DNA from: Vicinamibacterales bacterium
GTDB lineage: Bacteria > Acidobacteriota > Vicinamibacteria > Vicinamibacterales > JAMQPK01
Length of the DNA stretch: 64,000 nucleotides
Reading direction: 5' to 3'
Assembly (NCBI GenBank): GCA_963802345.1
Contig: CAWDIK010000023.1
Location: 145,142 to 209,141 of the forward strand
Positions 44,404 through 53,883 of the stretch are shown here, piece after piece. The first letter of the stretch is position 1. Each line of letters begins with the position of its first letter. Under the pieces are notes generated by a model. It made no database searches. It saw nothing but the letters and a program-made list of their open reading frames with translations, and had not been told where the DNA came from. The translations under genes were made by a program, and so were the position numbers.

Positions 44404-46689
44404 TCAGGCAAGTTCGAGCTTCGCGTACTTCGCCCGCAGCGTTTTCGGCCCGACGCTGAATCGCACAACCAGCTTCACATCATCTGCCAGCTCTTCGACA
44501 CTGAGAATCGTGCCGATGCCGAATTGCGGATGACGCACCTTCGCGCCGAGCCTCAGGCCCAGAAGCGATGATTGGTCTTCGTCTTCGTATGAGTACGAGG
44601 GTTCCTCACGCGTCTTCGATCCGAAGCTGCCGCCTGCGCGGTGATAGGTGGATGCGCGGCCGTACGAGTTCGAACGCCCGTATCCACCACCGAACGAGCT
44701 CTGGTAACTGCTGGTCGGAAACGCGGGCTCGATCCGCTCGACGAGCTGCGGCGGCACTTCGTCCATGAAGCGCGAGGGTTCCATCGACTGATACTCGCCG
44801 AAGACGCGCCGCCGCGCGGCACCAGTGAGCACCAGTTGCGCGCGCGCGCGCGTCATGCCGACGTAACAAAGGCGCCGCTCTTCGGCCATCTCGTCTTCGT
44901 CTTCGAAGGCACGCGAATGCGGGAACACGCCTTCTTCGAGCCCGCTCATGACGACAGTGGGAAACTCGAGGCCCTTCGCGGCATGCAGCGTCATGAGCCA
45001 TATGCGCGCCTCCATGCTGCCTTGTCCTTCGTCCGCTTCCGAGAGAAGCGACAGCTTGTCTGTAAACCCTCCCAGCGACGCTTCCGGCTCGCGCCCCTCG
45101 TACTCGCGGGCCGCCGAGACGAGCTCCATCAGGTTTTCGATGCGGCCCTGAGAGTCCTCGGACTTGTCCTCGCGCAAGTCCTGAAGATAGCCGCTCTGAT
45201 CGAGCACTTTACCCAACGTGATCGAGAGCGGTTCTTTCCGTGCGATATCCGCCAGGCCGAGGATGAGATCGCGAAACGTGCGGAGCGATGTGACCGCGCG
45301 CTGCGGCACGAGACGCTCGTCGATCGCGCGATTCAGCTTCGTCCACAGCGAGTTGGGCGCCGGAACCGCGATGCCGCTGGCGAGCAGAAGCGGCGGCGCT
45401 TCGTCTGCGGAGAGGCGGTCGATGGCGTCGAGGACGCCTTTTCCGTTGCCTCGCGGCGGCACGTTGATGACGCGGCGCAGGCTCACGTCATCGTGCGGGT
45501 TAATCAACAGCTTGAGAAAGGCGAGCGAGTCCTTGATTTCCTTGCGCTCGTAGAACCGGACGCCGCCGACGACGCGGTAGGTCAGGCCCGCGCGCATGAG
45601 CGAGTCTTCGATAACGCGTGACTGCGCGTTCGTGCGGTACAGCACCGCGACCGTGCAGTCCGGGGCAGACGAGATGCCTGAGTGGGCCGTGCGCATGATG
45701 AAGTCGGCCTCCTCGAGCTCGTCCGACCCGCGGAAGTATTTGATGAGGTCGCCGCCCTTGCGTTCGGTCCACAGCCGCTTTTCCTTGCGATTCTTGTTCT
45801 GGCTGATGACGGCCGAGGCCGCGTCGAGGATCACCTGTGTCGATCGGTAGTTCCGTTCGAGCTTGACGATTCTGGCCTCGGGGAAGTCGTGCTCGAAATC
45901 GAGGATGTTTCGCAGGTCCGCGCCGCGCCAGCGGTAGATCGACTGATCGGGATCGCCGACGACCGCCAGGTTTCGATGGCGTTCGGCCAGCCGTTCGATC
46001 AGGTGGTACTGCGGCCGGTTCGTGTCCTGATACTCGTCGACCATGACGAAGCGAAACTGCTCGGCGTACTTCTCGCGCACGTGCGGAACTTTGTCGAGCA
46101 GCTCGACAGCCTTCAGGAGCAGGTCGTCGAAGTCCAACGCGCCGTTATCTTTGAGACCCTGAATATATTTTTCGTACACCTTCGCGAGCTGCTCGCCGCG
46201 CTGGCTCCAGCCCTGGGACTTGAAAAACTCCGGCCCGGCCATCGTGTTCTTCGCGTGGCTGATTTTAGACAGCGCCATCCGAGGCTGCACGACGCTGTCG
46301 TCAATCTGAAGCTCCTTCAACACCTGCTTGACGAGCGCCACCTGATCCGACGAGTCGTAGATGACGAAATCGCGTGGCAGTCCGATCGCCGTCGCTTCGC
46401 GCCTCAGCAGACGCGCGCAAAGCGCGTGAAACGTCGAGATCCATGAGCCGACCAGCTCGGCGCCGAGCAGCGTCTCCACCCGCGTGCGCATTTCTTCCGC
46501 GGCTTTGTTCGTGAATGTGACGGCAAGGATCTCGTAGTGCTGTGCGTAGCCTTCGGAGAGGAGATAGGCGATGCGCTGCGCGATGACGCGCGTTTTCCCG
46601 GAACCCGCACCGGCCAGGATGAGAAGCGGGCCGTCGATGTGCAGGACGGCCTCGCGTTGTTCGGGATTGAGGGCTGCTAGCTGATCCAA
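44404..46689 (-). CDS. pcrA: ATP-dependent DNA helicase PcrA/UvrD (SF1)
   Basis: LNPEQREAVLHIDGPLLILAGAGSGKTRV...VTFTNKAAEEM...VMVDEYQDTN...VGDPDQSIYRWRGA...LERNYRST...TLHAAKGLEF...RRLCYVGMTRA. TTG start at 46689. Confidence 0.92.
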   Translation of the reverse strand: MDQLAALNPEQREAVLHIDGPLLILAGAGSGKTRVIAQRIAYLLSEGYAQHYEILAVTFTNKAAEEMRTRVETLLGAELVGSWISTFHALCARLLRREATAIGLPRDFVIYDSSDQVALVKQVLKELQIDDSVVQPRMALSKISHAKNTMAGPEFFKSQGWSQRGEQLAKVYEKYIQGLKDNGALDFDDLLLKAVELLDKVPHVREKYAEQFRFVMVDEYQDTNRPQYHLIERLAERHRNLAVVGDPDQSIYRWRGADLRNILDFEHDFPEARIVKLERNYRSTQVILDAASAVISQNKNRKEKRLWTERKGGDLIKYFRGSDELEEADFIMRTAHSGISSAPDCTVAVLYRTNAQSRVIEDSLMRAGLTYRVVGGVRFYERKEIKDSLAFLKLLINPHDDVSLRRVINVPPRGNGKGVLDAIDRLSADEAPPLLLASGIAVPAPNSLWTKLNRAIDERLVPQRAVTSLRTFRDLILGLADIARKEPLSITLGKVLDQSGYLQDLREDKSEDSQGRIENLMELVSAAREYEGREPEASLGGFTDKLSLLSEADEGQGSMEARIWLMTLHAAKGLEFPTVVMSGLEEGVFPHSRAFEDEDEMAEERRLCYVGMTRARAQLVLTGAARRRVFGEYQSMEPSRFMDEVPPQLVERIEPAFPTSSYQSSFGGGYGRSNSYGRASTYHRAGGSFGSKTREEPSYSYEDEDQSSLLGLRLGAKVRHPQFGIGTILSVEELADDVKLVVRFSVGPKTLRAKYAKLELA

Positions 46690-46690
46690 T

Positions 46691-46779
46691 GGGCTTCGGG
46701 CTCCGGGCTTCGGGCTGCAGGCCAGAGATTGCGGCGTGACACGCGACTGGCCCAGAGCCAGTAGCCCGGAGCCAGCAGC
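46691..46779. repeat. GGGCTTC-word palindromic element with the same conserved core (family E copy 2)
   Basis: GGGCTTCGGGCTCCGGGCTTCGGGCTG...core GAGATTGCGGCGTGACACGCGACTGGCCC...AGCCCGGAGCCAGCAGCC. The perfect 11-nt pairing is GGCTCCGGGCT / AGCCCGGAGCC. Confidence 0.65.
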
Positions 46780-48660
46780 CTATTCTACCGTGACACTCTT
46801 CGCGAGATTCCGCGGCTGATCGACGTCGCAGCCGCGGCGCACCGCGATGTGATACGCGAGCAGCTGCAACGGCAGTACCATCGCGATCGGCGAGAGCATT
46901 TCCGGTACGCGAGGGAGAGGGATAATCGCGTCACGCGCCGGATCCAGGATGCTTTTCAGCGTGTCGTGCCCTTCAGTCGTGATGGCGATCACCGAGCCGC
47001 CTCGAGCCTTGACCTCCTGAATATTGCCAAGCATCTTCTCGAAGACGTGATCATTTGGTGCAATGCTTACGACGGGCATCTCGCTGTCGATGAGCGCGAT
47101 CGGCCCATGTTTCATCTCTCCCGCCGGATAACCCTCGGCGTGGATGTAGGAGATTTCCTTCAGTTTCAGCGCGCCTTCCAGCGCGATCGGGTAGTTGATG
47201 CCGCGGCCGAGATACAGGAAATCGCTGCGATTGAAGTACCGTGCGACGATTTCTTCGACCGCGCCCGACGCCTTGAGCGCCTGTTCCATCTTTTTTGGGA
47301 AGCTGTACGAGCGCGTCGAGGTGACTTCTGGCGTCGGACTCGCGCAGCGTACCTTTCATCTGCCCCAGAAACAGGGCCAGGAGGTTCAACGCCACGAGCT
47401 GCGACGTGAATGCCTTGGTCGACGCCACGCCGATTTCGGGCCCGGCGTGCGTATAGATGGTGCCTTCGGACTCTCTGGTCGCCATGCTTCCGACCACGTT
47501 GCAGATCGCGAGGCTTCGAGCGCCCTTCTTGCGCGCTTCGCGAAGCGCGGCCAGCGTGTCTGCGGTTTCGCCGGACTGCGTGATGATCACCACGAGCGTG
47601 TGGGGATCGACGATGAAGTCGCGATACCGGTACTCCGAGCCGTAATCAACCTCCACCGGCAGACAGGCGAAGCGCTCGATGAGGAACTTGCCGACCAGCG
47701 CGGCATGCCATGAGGTGCCGCATGCCAGGAGCACGACCTTGTTGATGCCGCGCAGGTCTGCCTCGGTAATCGCGATTTCATCCAGAAACACACGAGCCGG
47801 AGTCGATGCTGATACGGCCGAGCAGCGTTTCTTCGGCAGCGCGGGGCTGTTCGAAGATTTCCTTGAGCATGAAATGGCGGTACCCGGCCTTCTCCGCCAT
47901 GATCGGGTCCCAGAGCACGCGCTGCGTCGCCTTCGACACAGGTGTGCCGGCGAAATTCGTGAACTCGACACCGGTCCGCGTGATGACCGCCATCTCCTCG
48001 TCGCCGAGAAACACGACGTCGCGCGTGTGGCTGAGAATGGCCGGCGTATCCGACGCCACGAAGAATTCGTTGTCGCCAAGGCCGACGACGATCGGCGGCC
48101 CGTTGCGGACCGCGATGATTTTTTCCGGATCGTCGGTCGAGATGGCCACGAACGCAAACAGCCCGCGCATTTGGAGTAGCGCCTCTCTCGCCGCCCACTC
48201 CAGGTTGTGGTGGGGTCTGACCCCCGTACTGGTACGGGGGTCAGACCCCATGTCGGTGCTCGAGCAGATGCGCAATGATTTCGGTGTCGGTTTCCGTGAC
48301 GAATTTATGGCCGAGCTTCTGCAGCTCTTTCTTGAGGTCCAGGTAGTTCTCGATGATGCCGTTGTGGACGACGACGATCTTGCCCGTGCAGTCCAGGTGC
48401 GGGTGGGCATTTTCTTCCGTGGGCCGTCCGTGCGTCGCCCAGCGCGTGTGCCCCACGCCATAAAGGCCCTCGAGCGGCTGCGTGTCGATCGCCTGCTCGA
48501 GGTTCACGAGCTTGCCCGCGCTCCGGCGGCGCTCGATCTGCCCGTTTCGCACAACCGCCACGCCGGCCGAATCGTAGCCGCGATATTCGAGGCGGCGGAG
48601 TCCATCAATCAGGATGGGAACGACTTCTTTCGGGCCGAGATAACCGATGATTCCGCACAT
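46780..48660 (-). CDS. glmS: Glutamine--fructose-6-phosphate aminotransferase GlmS; reading frame broken three times (~48243, ~47795, ~47294) as assembled
   Basis: MCGIIGYLG...[11 protein letters not shown]...[10 protein letters not shown]...[12 protein letters not shown] | (palindrome) | [21 protein letters not shown]...FFVASD...[11 protein letters not shown]...GRISIDSG | RVFLDEI...[14 protein letters not shown]...[10 protein letters not shown]...[13 protein letters not shown]...LPKK | MEQALK...[40 protein letters not shown]...[15 protein letters not shown]. Confidence 0.9.
48211..48248. repeat. Perfect 38-nt palindrome (18-bp arms) made of two inverted GGGGTCTGACCCC units, inside glmS
   Basis: GGGGTCTGACCCCCGTAC TG GTACGGGGGTCAGACCCC. 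The arms are exact reverse complements. Confidence 0.9.
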
Positions 48661-48670
48661 ATTTGATGTC

Positions 48671-48720
48671 CTACTTTTTACTTTCTACTTTTCACTTTCC
48701 ACTTTGACTTTCTGCTTCCT
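48671..48720. repeat. ACTTT-word element (family B copy 2) spanning the glmU stop / glmS start spacer
   Basis: CTACTTTTTACTTTCTACTTTTCACTTTCCACTTTGACTTTCTGCTTCC; compare 9004-9044. Confidence 0.55.
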
Positions 48721-50087
48721 TCTTCTTCATCGACCCAACCCTCGATGTTCCGCTGCTTTCCGGCGCTCACGGCGAGCGCGCCAGGCGGGACGTTTTCGCG
48801 GATTGTCGTTCCGCTGCCGACGTAGGCCCCTTTGCCGATCGTGACCGGCGCGACGAGCTGCGAATCAGTGCCGACGAACACACCGTCCTCGATCGTCGTC
48901 TGGTGCTTGCGGCTGCCGTCGTAATTGCACGTGATCGTGCCGGCGCCGATGTTCACGTTGTCGCCAATCACCGCATCTCCAAGATAGGCGTGATGACCAG
49001 CCTTGGTTCCTTTGCCCAATACAGCCTTCTTCAGCTCGACAAAGTTGCCGATGTGGACCGAATCCCGAAGCTCTGTCTCCGGCCGTATGTGGACGAACGG
49101 TCCGACGGTCACGCCTGACGCGAGACGGCTGCCGGTGATCACGCAGAAGTTCTGCACCGTGACCCGATCGTCCAGTACCGAGTTCACGATACGGACTCCG
49201 GCGTGGATCTCGCAGGCCTGGCCGATTTGCGTGCGGCCCTCGAGATGCACGCCCGGATGAATCACTGTATCGGCTCCAACGACCACATCGTCGTCCACAT
49301 AGGTCGTGGCGGGATCTTCGATCGTCACGCCGGCGGCCATCAGTTCTTCGTTTTTCTTCTGTCTCACGATTCGGCTCGCTTCTGCCAGTTCCGACCGGCT
49401 GTTGATGCCGCGAATCTCGTTCGGATCGTCGACGACGACCGTCTCGACGCCGAGTCGGCGGCGGCGATAGGTCGACACGAGATCGGTTAAGTAGTACTCG
49501 CCCTGTGCGTTCCCGGTTGCCAGCCCGCGGAGCGAATCGAACAACGGCCCGAGCGAAAACACGTAGATGCCGCTGTTGATTTCCCGAATCTTCCGCTGCG
49601 CCGGCGAGGCGTCGCGCTCTTCGACGATGCGCGAAATCCTTCCCTTTGTTCTCACGATTCGGCCGTAGCCGTACGGCTGATCGACGATGGCCGTCAGCAC
49701 GGTCGCGGCAACTTTCGACTCCGCGTGCTTGTGCACGAGCGCGGCGACAGTGTGGCCTTTCAGCAACGGTACGTCGCCGGAGAGCAACAGAACGACGCCT
49801 GTTTTGCCCTCGAGAACGCTCGCGGTTTGCAGAAGAGCATGGCCGGTGCCAAGTTGGGGCTCCTGGGTGACAAATGAGAGTCCTGGATACCGTTCGAGCC
49901 CCTGGCGCAGGAGCTCTTTCATATGCCCGACGACGACCGTCGTCGTGCGCGGGGAAAGCGACTGCGCGGCAGCCATGGCGTAGTCGACCATGGGCCGGCC
50001 GGCGACGTCGTGCAGCACCTTGGGGCGCGCGGATTTCATGCGCGTCCCCTTGCCGGCGGCCAGAATGACGACGTGGAGGTCCGACAT
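48678..50087 (-). CDS. glmU: Bifunctional UDP-N-acetylglucosamine diphosphorylase / glucosamine-1-phosphate N-acetyltransferase GlmU
   Basis: [19 protein letters not shown]...LSGDVPLL, followed by left-handed beta-helix hexapeptide repeats (VGPFVHIRP...IGNFVELK...[24 protein letters not shown]). Confidence 0.93.
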   Translation of the reverse strand: MSDLHVVILAAGKGTRMKSARPKVLHDVAGRPMVDYAMAAAQSLSPRTTTVVVGHMKELLRQGLERYPGLSFVTQEPQLGTGHALLQTASVLEGKTGVVLLLSGDVPLLKGHTVAALVHKHAESKVAATVLTAIVDQPYGYGRIVRTKGRISRIVEERDASPAQRKIREINSGIYVFSLGPLFDSLRGLATGNAQGEYYLTDLVSTYRRRRLGVETVVVDDPNEIRGINSRSELAEASRIVRQKKNEELMAAGVTIEDPATTYVDDDVVVGADTVIHPGVHLEGRTQIGQACEIHAGVRIVNSVLDDRVTVQNFCVITGSRLASGVTVGPFVHIRPETELRDSVHIGNFVELKKAVLGKGTKAGHHAYLGDAVIGDNVNIGAGTITCNYDGSRKHQTTIEDGVFVGTDSQLVAPVTIGKGAYVGSGTTIRENVPPGALAVSAGKQRNIEGWVDEEEGSRKSKWKVKSRK

Positions 50088-50178
50088 CGGCCTACCAGTT
50101 TACCGTCTACCGTAAACCGGCCGCTGGCCAGCGCCGACATTCTGTCGTAAGCCGTTGAATTTAAATGAAATACCGATC

Positions 50179-50842
50179 CTACCGCCGGCGGAGTGGCTTT
50201 CGACGGTCGGTCTTGGGGGGACTGGTCGCTTCGAGCGCCGCTCGAACGCTGTCGAATTCTCGCAGCGGCTCGAGGTCTGGATCGTGGCGCGCCAGGGTGC
50301 GGTTGTCGGGATTCAGCTCGATGGCGCGAAGCAGAAGCGGCACCGCCTCGTCGAGGGCATCGCGCAATGCGAGCACCGACGCGAGCATGTAAAGCGCATG
50401 GTCGTACTCGGGCGCTTCCGAACTGGCGGTCCGCAAATGGTCGAGCGCTTCGTCGTAATTTCCGGCGTTCACCGCCAAGCGTGGCTGCGAATACGCGCTC
50501 TTCGGGCGTCGACGGGGAGGCGGCGCGCGGCGCCATGTGCCGCTCACAGACATTCAAGTAGAGACGCACGCGCTCGTGAAGCTCTCGCTCTTCCGGGTAG
50601 CGCGACACCACGGATCGCAACAGAGCGGACGCTCGCGCGAACTCGTGTGCTTGCAGTGCCGCAACGCCTTCTTCGTAGAGCGCGACGGCTTCAACGTGTC
50701 CGGTACGAGGGATGGGGACGGATACCGGAGGATTCGGCGTAGAGCCGCCGTTGCGCTGATGCACGCGCGCGTCTGAGGTAACTGACGCGTCAGCGGGTTT
50801 CACCCGGCCGGAGCGGGAACTCGCCCGCCGCTGCTTCGCCAT
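50179..50842 (-). CDS. TPR-repeat protein; one frameshift (~50477) as assembled
   Basis: ...VALYEEGVAALQAHEFARASALLRSVVSRYPEE...ERVFAATL | AVNAGNYDEALDHLRTASSEAPEYDHALYMLASVLALRDALDEAVPLLLRAIELNPDN. The junction is explained by one extra G. Confidence 0.6.
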
Positions 50843-50901
50843 GGACTCTGCCTGAGCGGGCGCTACGGTAACAAATCGTTGTTGCTTCGGTCAAGGCAGG
50901 G

Positions 50902-51764
50902 TCAGGCCTTGAGCCGCTCGAGGCGGCCGTACACGTCATTGGGCGAAAGACCAAATTCACGCGCAGTCGCGGTGACCGCTTGGCGCCGGGATAAGCCGCC
51001 AGAATTGGTCAATTGATAGAAATATGCGCTAAGCCTCGCATCATCAATGTGTTCAGGCACGACTGCCAGGCTTGACTTGCGGCGCAAGGACGATCGTGAA
51101 TTCGCCGCGTTCGTTGAATTTCAGCTGGGACGCGTCGCGAGCTGTGGTGTGAAGAATCTCCTCGTGAAGTTTGGTAAGCTCTCTGGCGATAATAATTGGT
51201 CTATCGCCCAATATATCACCCATCTCGGCCAGCGTCTTGGAGATTCTGTGCGGGGCTTCGAAGAAAATCGACTGTCCTCGGTTCAGATGCAAGCGTCTGT
51301 AGCCACCGTGTTCTGTCTGTTGACCTAGACGGTGCGAAGCCCGCAAAGACGAATTCGTCCGCAGGACATCCGGAAGCTGCCAGCGCTGCTAATACCGCAC
51401 TCGCGCCCGGAATCGGAACCACACGGATGCCTTTGCTGACGGCGCCCGCAATCAACCGCTGACCTGGGTCGGAGACCAGTGGCGTGCCCGCATCGGAGAC
51501 GAGGGCGATGTCCAGGCCATCCGACAACTTTTGCAGCAGTGCCGGCACTTTCTCGGTTTCGTTGTGCGCATGCAGGCTCGTTGTCGGGGTGGCAATTCCG
51601 AAATGACGAAGGAGGAGTCCGGTGCGCCGCGTATCTTCGGCGGCGACGAGATCAACGGATTTTAAAGTGTGAAGGGCGCGCACTGTAATGTCGTCCAGGT
51701 TCCCGATTGGGGTGGAAACGACGTACAGGCTGCCGGCCATGCGGGGAATAGGATATTGTACCAT
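50902..51764 (-). CDS. rsmI: 16S rRNA (cytidine1402-2'-O)-methyltransferase RsmI; two frameshifts (~51270, ~51070) as assembled
   Basis: GSLYVVSTPIGNLDDITVRALHTLKSVDLVAAEDTRRTG...VSDAGTPLVSDPG...IPGASAVLAALAASG...FVFAGF...EPRTV | IFFEAPHRISKTLAEM...IIARELTKLHEE...GEFTIVLAP | ...LSRRQAVTATAREFGLSPNDVY. Confidence 0.82.
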
Positions 51765-51817
51765 TGTGGTTTGTCGGTATCTGCCAACACTGAACAGGGA
51801 TTCGAGCTGCTGCCTAA

Positions 51818-53479
51818 ATGATGCGTTCGTCCGAGCCATTTCATCATTTCGTCGACGACTATCTCGCCTATCTCCACGAAGTTCATCCCACGGGCGCGAC
51901 GCTTGACGGGATACACACGTACGACGACCACATCGAAGATTTCAGCCGAAACGCGATAGATCAGCACACCAGAGCGCTCTCCGGCTTCTCGCGCCGGCTC
52001 CAGGACATCAACCTCAGCGACCTGACGGCCGTCGAAAAGGCCGAGCAGCCGATGGTGGCCTCGAACATCCAGGCGAGGATGTTCGAGCTCGAGCAGATCC
52101 GCACCTGGGAGCGCAATCCGCACCATTACGCCGACACGCTGTGCTCCAGCCTCGCTGCGCAGGTGGTGTTTACCCACGCGCCGCTGCCCGAACGGGCCCG
52201 CCGGGTTCTCTCGAAGCTGCGTCAGACCGCCCGCGTTGTGCAGGCGGCGCGCGACAACATCAAGGATCCGCCCGGCATCTTCATCAAAGTCGGTCTCGAG
52301 ACGTTTCGCGGCGCGCTCAATTTCATCGAGAAGGACCTGCCGAGGGCGTTTTCCGCGCTCGACGACATGCACCTGCTCGGCGATTTGGCGGACGCGTCCA
52401 CCGAAGCCGGCACGGCGATTTCGAGCTACATCCGGTACCTCGAGGAAGAAGCTGCGCCGAAGGCGCGGGCGTCCTTCCGTCTCGGCCGCGATCTGTTCGA
52501 GCGGAAACTCGCGCTCGACGAAGGCCTGGCGATGGATGCGGAGCGGCTGCTCAGCATCGCCATGCGGGAGTTCCAGGCCACGCAGGACGAGTTCCGCTCG
52601 CTCGCCGGAAAACTCGACGGCGGCGACCCGATAGCCGCATGGCGCAAGGCGAAGGAAGCCCATCCGGCGCCGGGGGCTTTGGCCGCGACGGCGCAGCAAC
52701 AACTCGAGGAGCTGAGCACGTTCATCGACCGCAACGGCATCGTCACGCGCCCGGAGGGTGAATCGGTCATCGTTGCGCCGACTCCGGAGTTCTACAGGTG
52801 GACGTTTGCGAGCATGTGGGTGCCTGGACCCTTCGAACAGAAGGCGACGCGCGCGTTCTACTACCTGACCGACGTCGACCCATCATGGCCGTCCGACCGG
52901 CAGGAAGAGCACCTGCGCGATTTCAATTTCCCGACGCTGTGGGCCATCTCGATTCACGAGGTCTACCCCGGACATTTCCTGCACTATCAGTTCCTGCGGC
53001 GTGTCGAGTCGAAGGTGCGCAAGTCGATCCTGTTCTCGCCGGCCTCGTTCGTCGAGGGCTGGGCGCATTACGCCGAGCAGATGATGGTCGAAGCGGGATT
53101 CCACCGGAACGATCCCACCTTCAAGCTTGCGCAGCTCGCCGAAGCGCTGATTCGCCTCGGCCGCTTCATCGTGTCCATCAGGCTGCACGTGCACGACTGG
53201 TCGGTCGAGCAGGGCGTGCGTTTCTTCCGCGACGAATGTTTCATGGAGGAAGGCGGCGCACGCCGCGAAGCCGAGCGCGGGACGTTCGATCCGACCTACC
53301 TTGTCTATTCAGTCGGGAAGCTGATGCTGCTGAAGCTGCGCCGCGACTACAAAGAGCAGCAAGGCGCGAAGTATTCGCAGCGCGCGTTCCACGATCAGCT
53401 CCTCGGCAACGGCACCGCGACGTTTGCCGTGCAGCGCCAGTTGATGCTCGGCGACGCCACCGGAGACTTGCTGGAGTAA
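51818..53479 (+). CDS. DUF885 family protein (putative metallopeptidase-like)
   Basis: 553 aa. N-terminal FVDDYLAYLHEVHPTGATLDGIH.YDD and the characteristic IHEVYPGHFLHYQ...EGWAHYAEQMM motif. Confidence 0.8.
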   Translation: MMRSSEPFHHFVDDYLAYLHEVHPTGATLDGIHTYDDHIEDFSRNAIDQHTRALSGFSRRLQDINLSDLTAVEKAEQPMVASNIQARMFELEQIRTWERNPHHYADTLCSSLAAQVVFTHAPLPERARRVLSKLRQTARVVQAARDNIKDPPGIFIKVGLETFRGALNFIEKDLPRAFSALDDMHLLGDLADASTEAGTAISSYIRYLEEEAAPKARASFRLGRDLFERKLALDEGLAMDAERLLSIAMREFQATQDEFRSLAGKLDGGDPIAAWRKAKEAHPAPGALAATAQQQLEELSTFIDRNGIVTRPEGESVIVAPTPEFYRWTFASMWVPGPFEQKATRAFYYLTDVDPSWPSDRQEEHLRDFNFPTLWAISIHEVYPGHFLHYQFLRRVESKVRKSILFSPASFVEGWAHYAEQMMVEAGFHRNDPTFKLAQLAEALIRLGRFIVSIRLHVHDWSVEQGVRFFRDECFMEEGGARREAERGTFDPTYLVYSVGKLMLLKLRRDYKEQQGAKYSQRAFHDQLLGNGTATFAVQRQLMLGDATGDLLE

Positions 53480-53492
53480 ACTGTTTCGCGAA

Positions 53493-53883
53493 ATGCCACT
53501 GTACGAGTACGAATGCGCTGCGTGCGGCCACCGCTTCGAGCGGATCCGGAAATTCTCGGATCCACCGGTAGAGACCTGCCCGAACTGCGGCGAAGCAAAA
53601 GTACAGAAGCTCGTGTCGAGCCCCGCGATTCAGTTCAAGGGCACTGGCTGGTACATCACCGATTACGCGAAGAAGGGTTCGGCGGGAGCCGATACGAAGT
53701 CGGGAGCGGCGAAAGAGTCGAAAGAGTCGGGGAGTCGAAAGAGTCGGGGGAGTCGAAAGAGTCCGGGGAGTCGAAAGAGTCGAAAGAGTCGAGAAGTCCA
53801 AGGAGTCGAAAGAGTCCAAAGAGTCGAAACCCACCGCGCCCGCGGCGGGCACCACGAGCCCGGCCAAAGCCTCGGGCGAGTAG
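53493..53883 (+). CDS. FmdB-family zinc-ribbon protein with (E-S-K/G) repeat tail; frame slips twice inside the repeat (~53730, ~53790)
   Basis: MPLYEYECAACGHRFERIRKFSDPPVETCPNCGEAKVQKLVSSPAIQFKGTGWYITDY is the classic CxxC...CxxC FmdB core. The tail reconstructs to ...AAKESKESGESKESGESKESGESKESKES..EKSKESKESKESKPTAPAAGTTSPAKASGE* only by switching frames. The stop is TAG 53881-53883. Confidence 0.75.
53711..53829. repeat. Tandem 9-mer repeat (GAGTCGAAA and variants, with GGGG/GGGGG interruptions)
   Basis: About 13 consecutive units are seen directly: gaaagagtcgaaagagtcggggagtcgaaagagtcgggggagtcgaaagagtccggggagtcgaaagagtcgaaagagtcgagaagtccaaggagtcgaaagagtccaaagagtcgaaa. Confidence 0.85.

Noticed and set aside
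48661-48677. glmS ribozyme/riboswitch upstream of glmS
   Set aside because: Only 17 nt separate the glmU stop from the glmS start. That leaves no room for the ~170-nt ribozyme, and the spacer is part of an ACTTT-word repeat.
50036-50178. C-terminal part of ORF 50036-50842 overlapping the glmU start
   Set aside because: It is an out-of-frame continuation after the frameshift at ~50477. The TPR repeats continue in the frame that ends at 50179.
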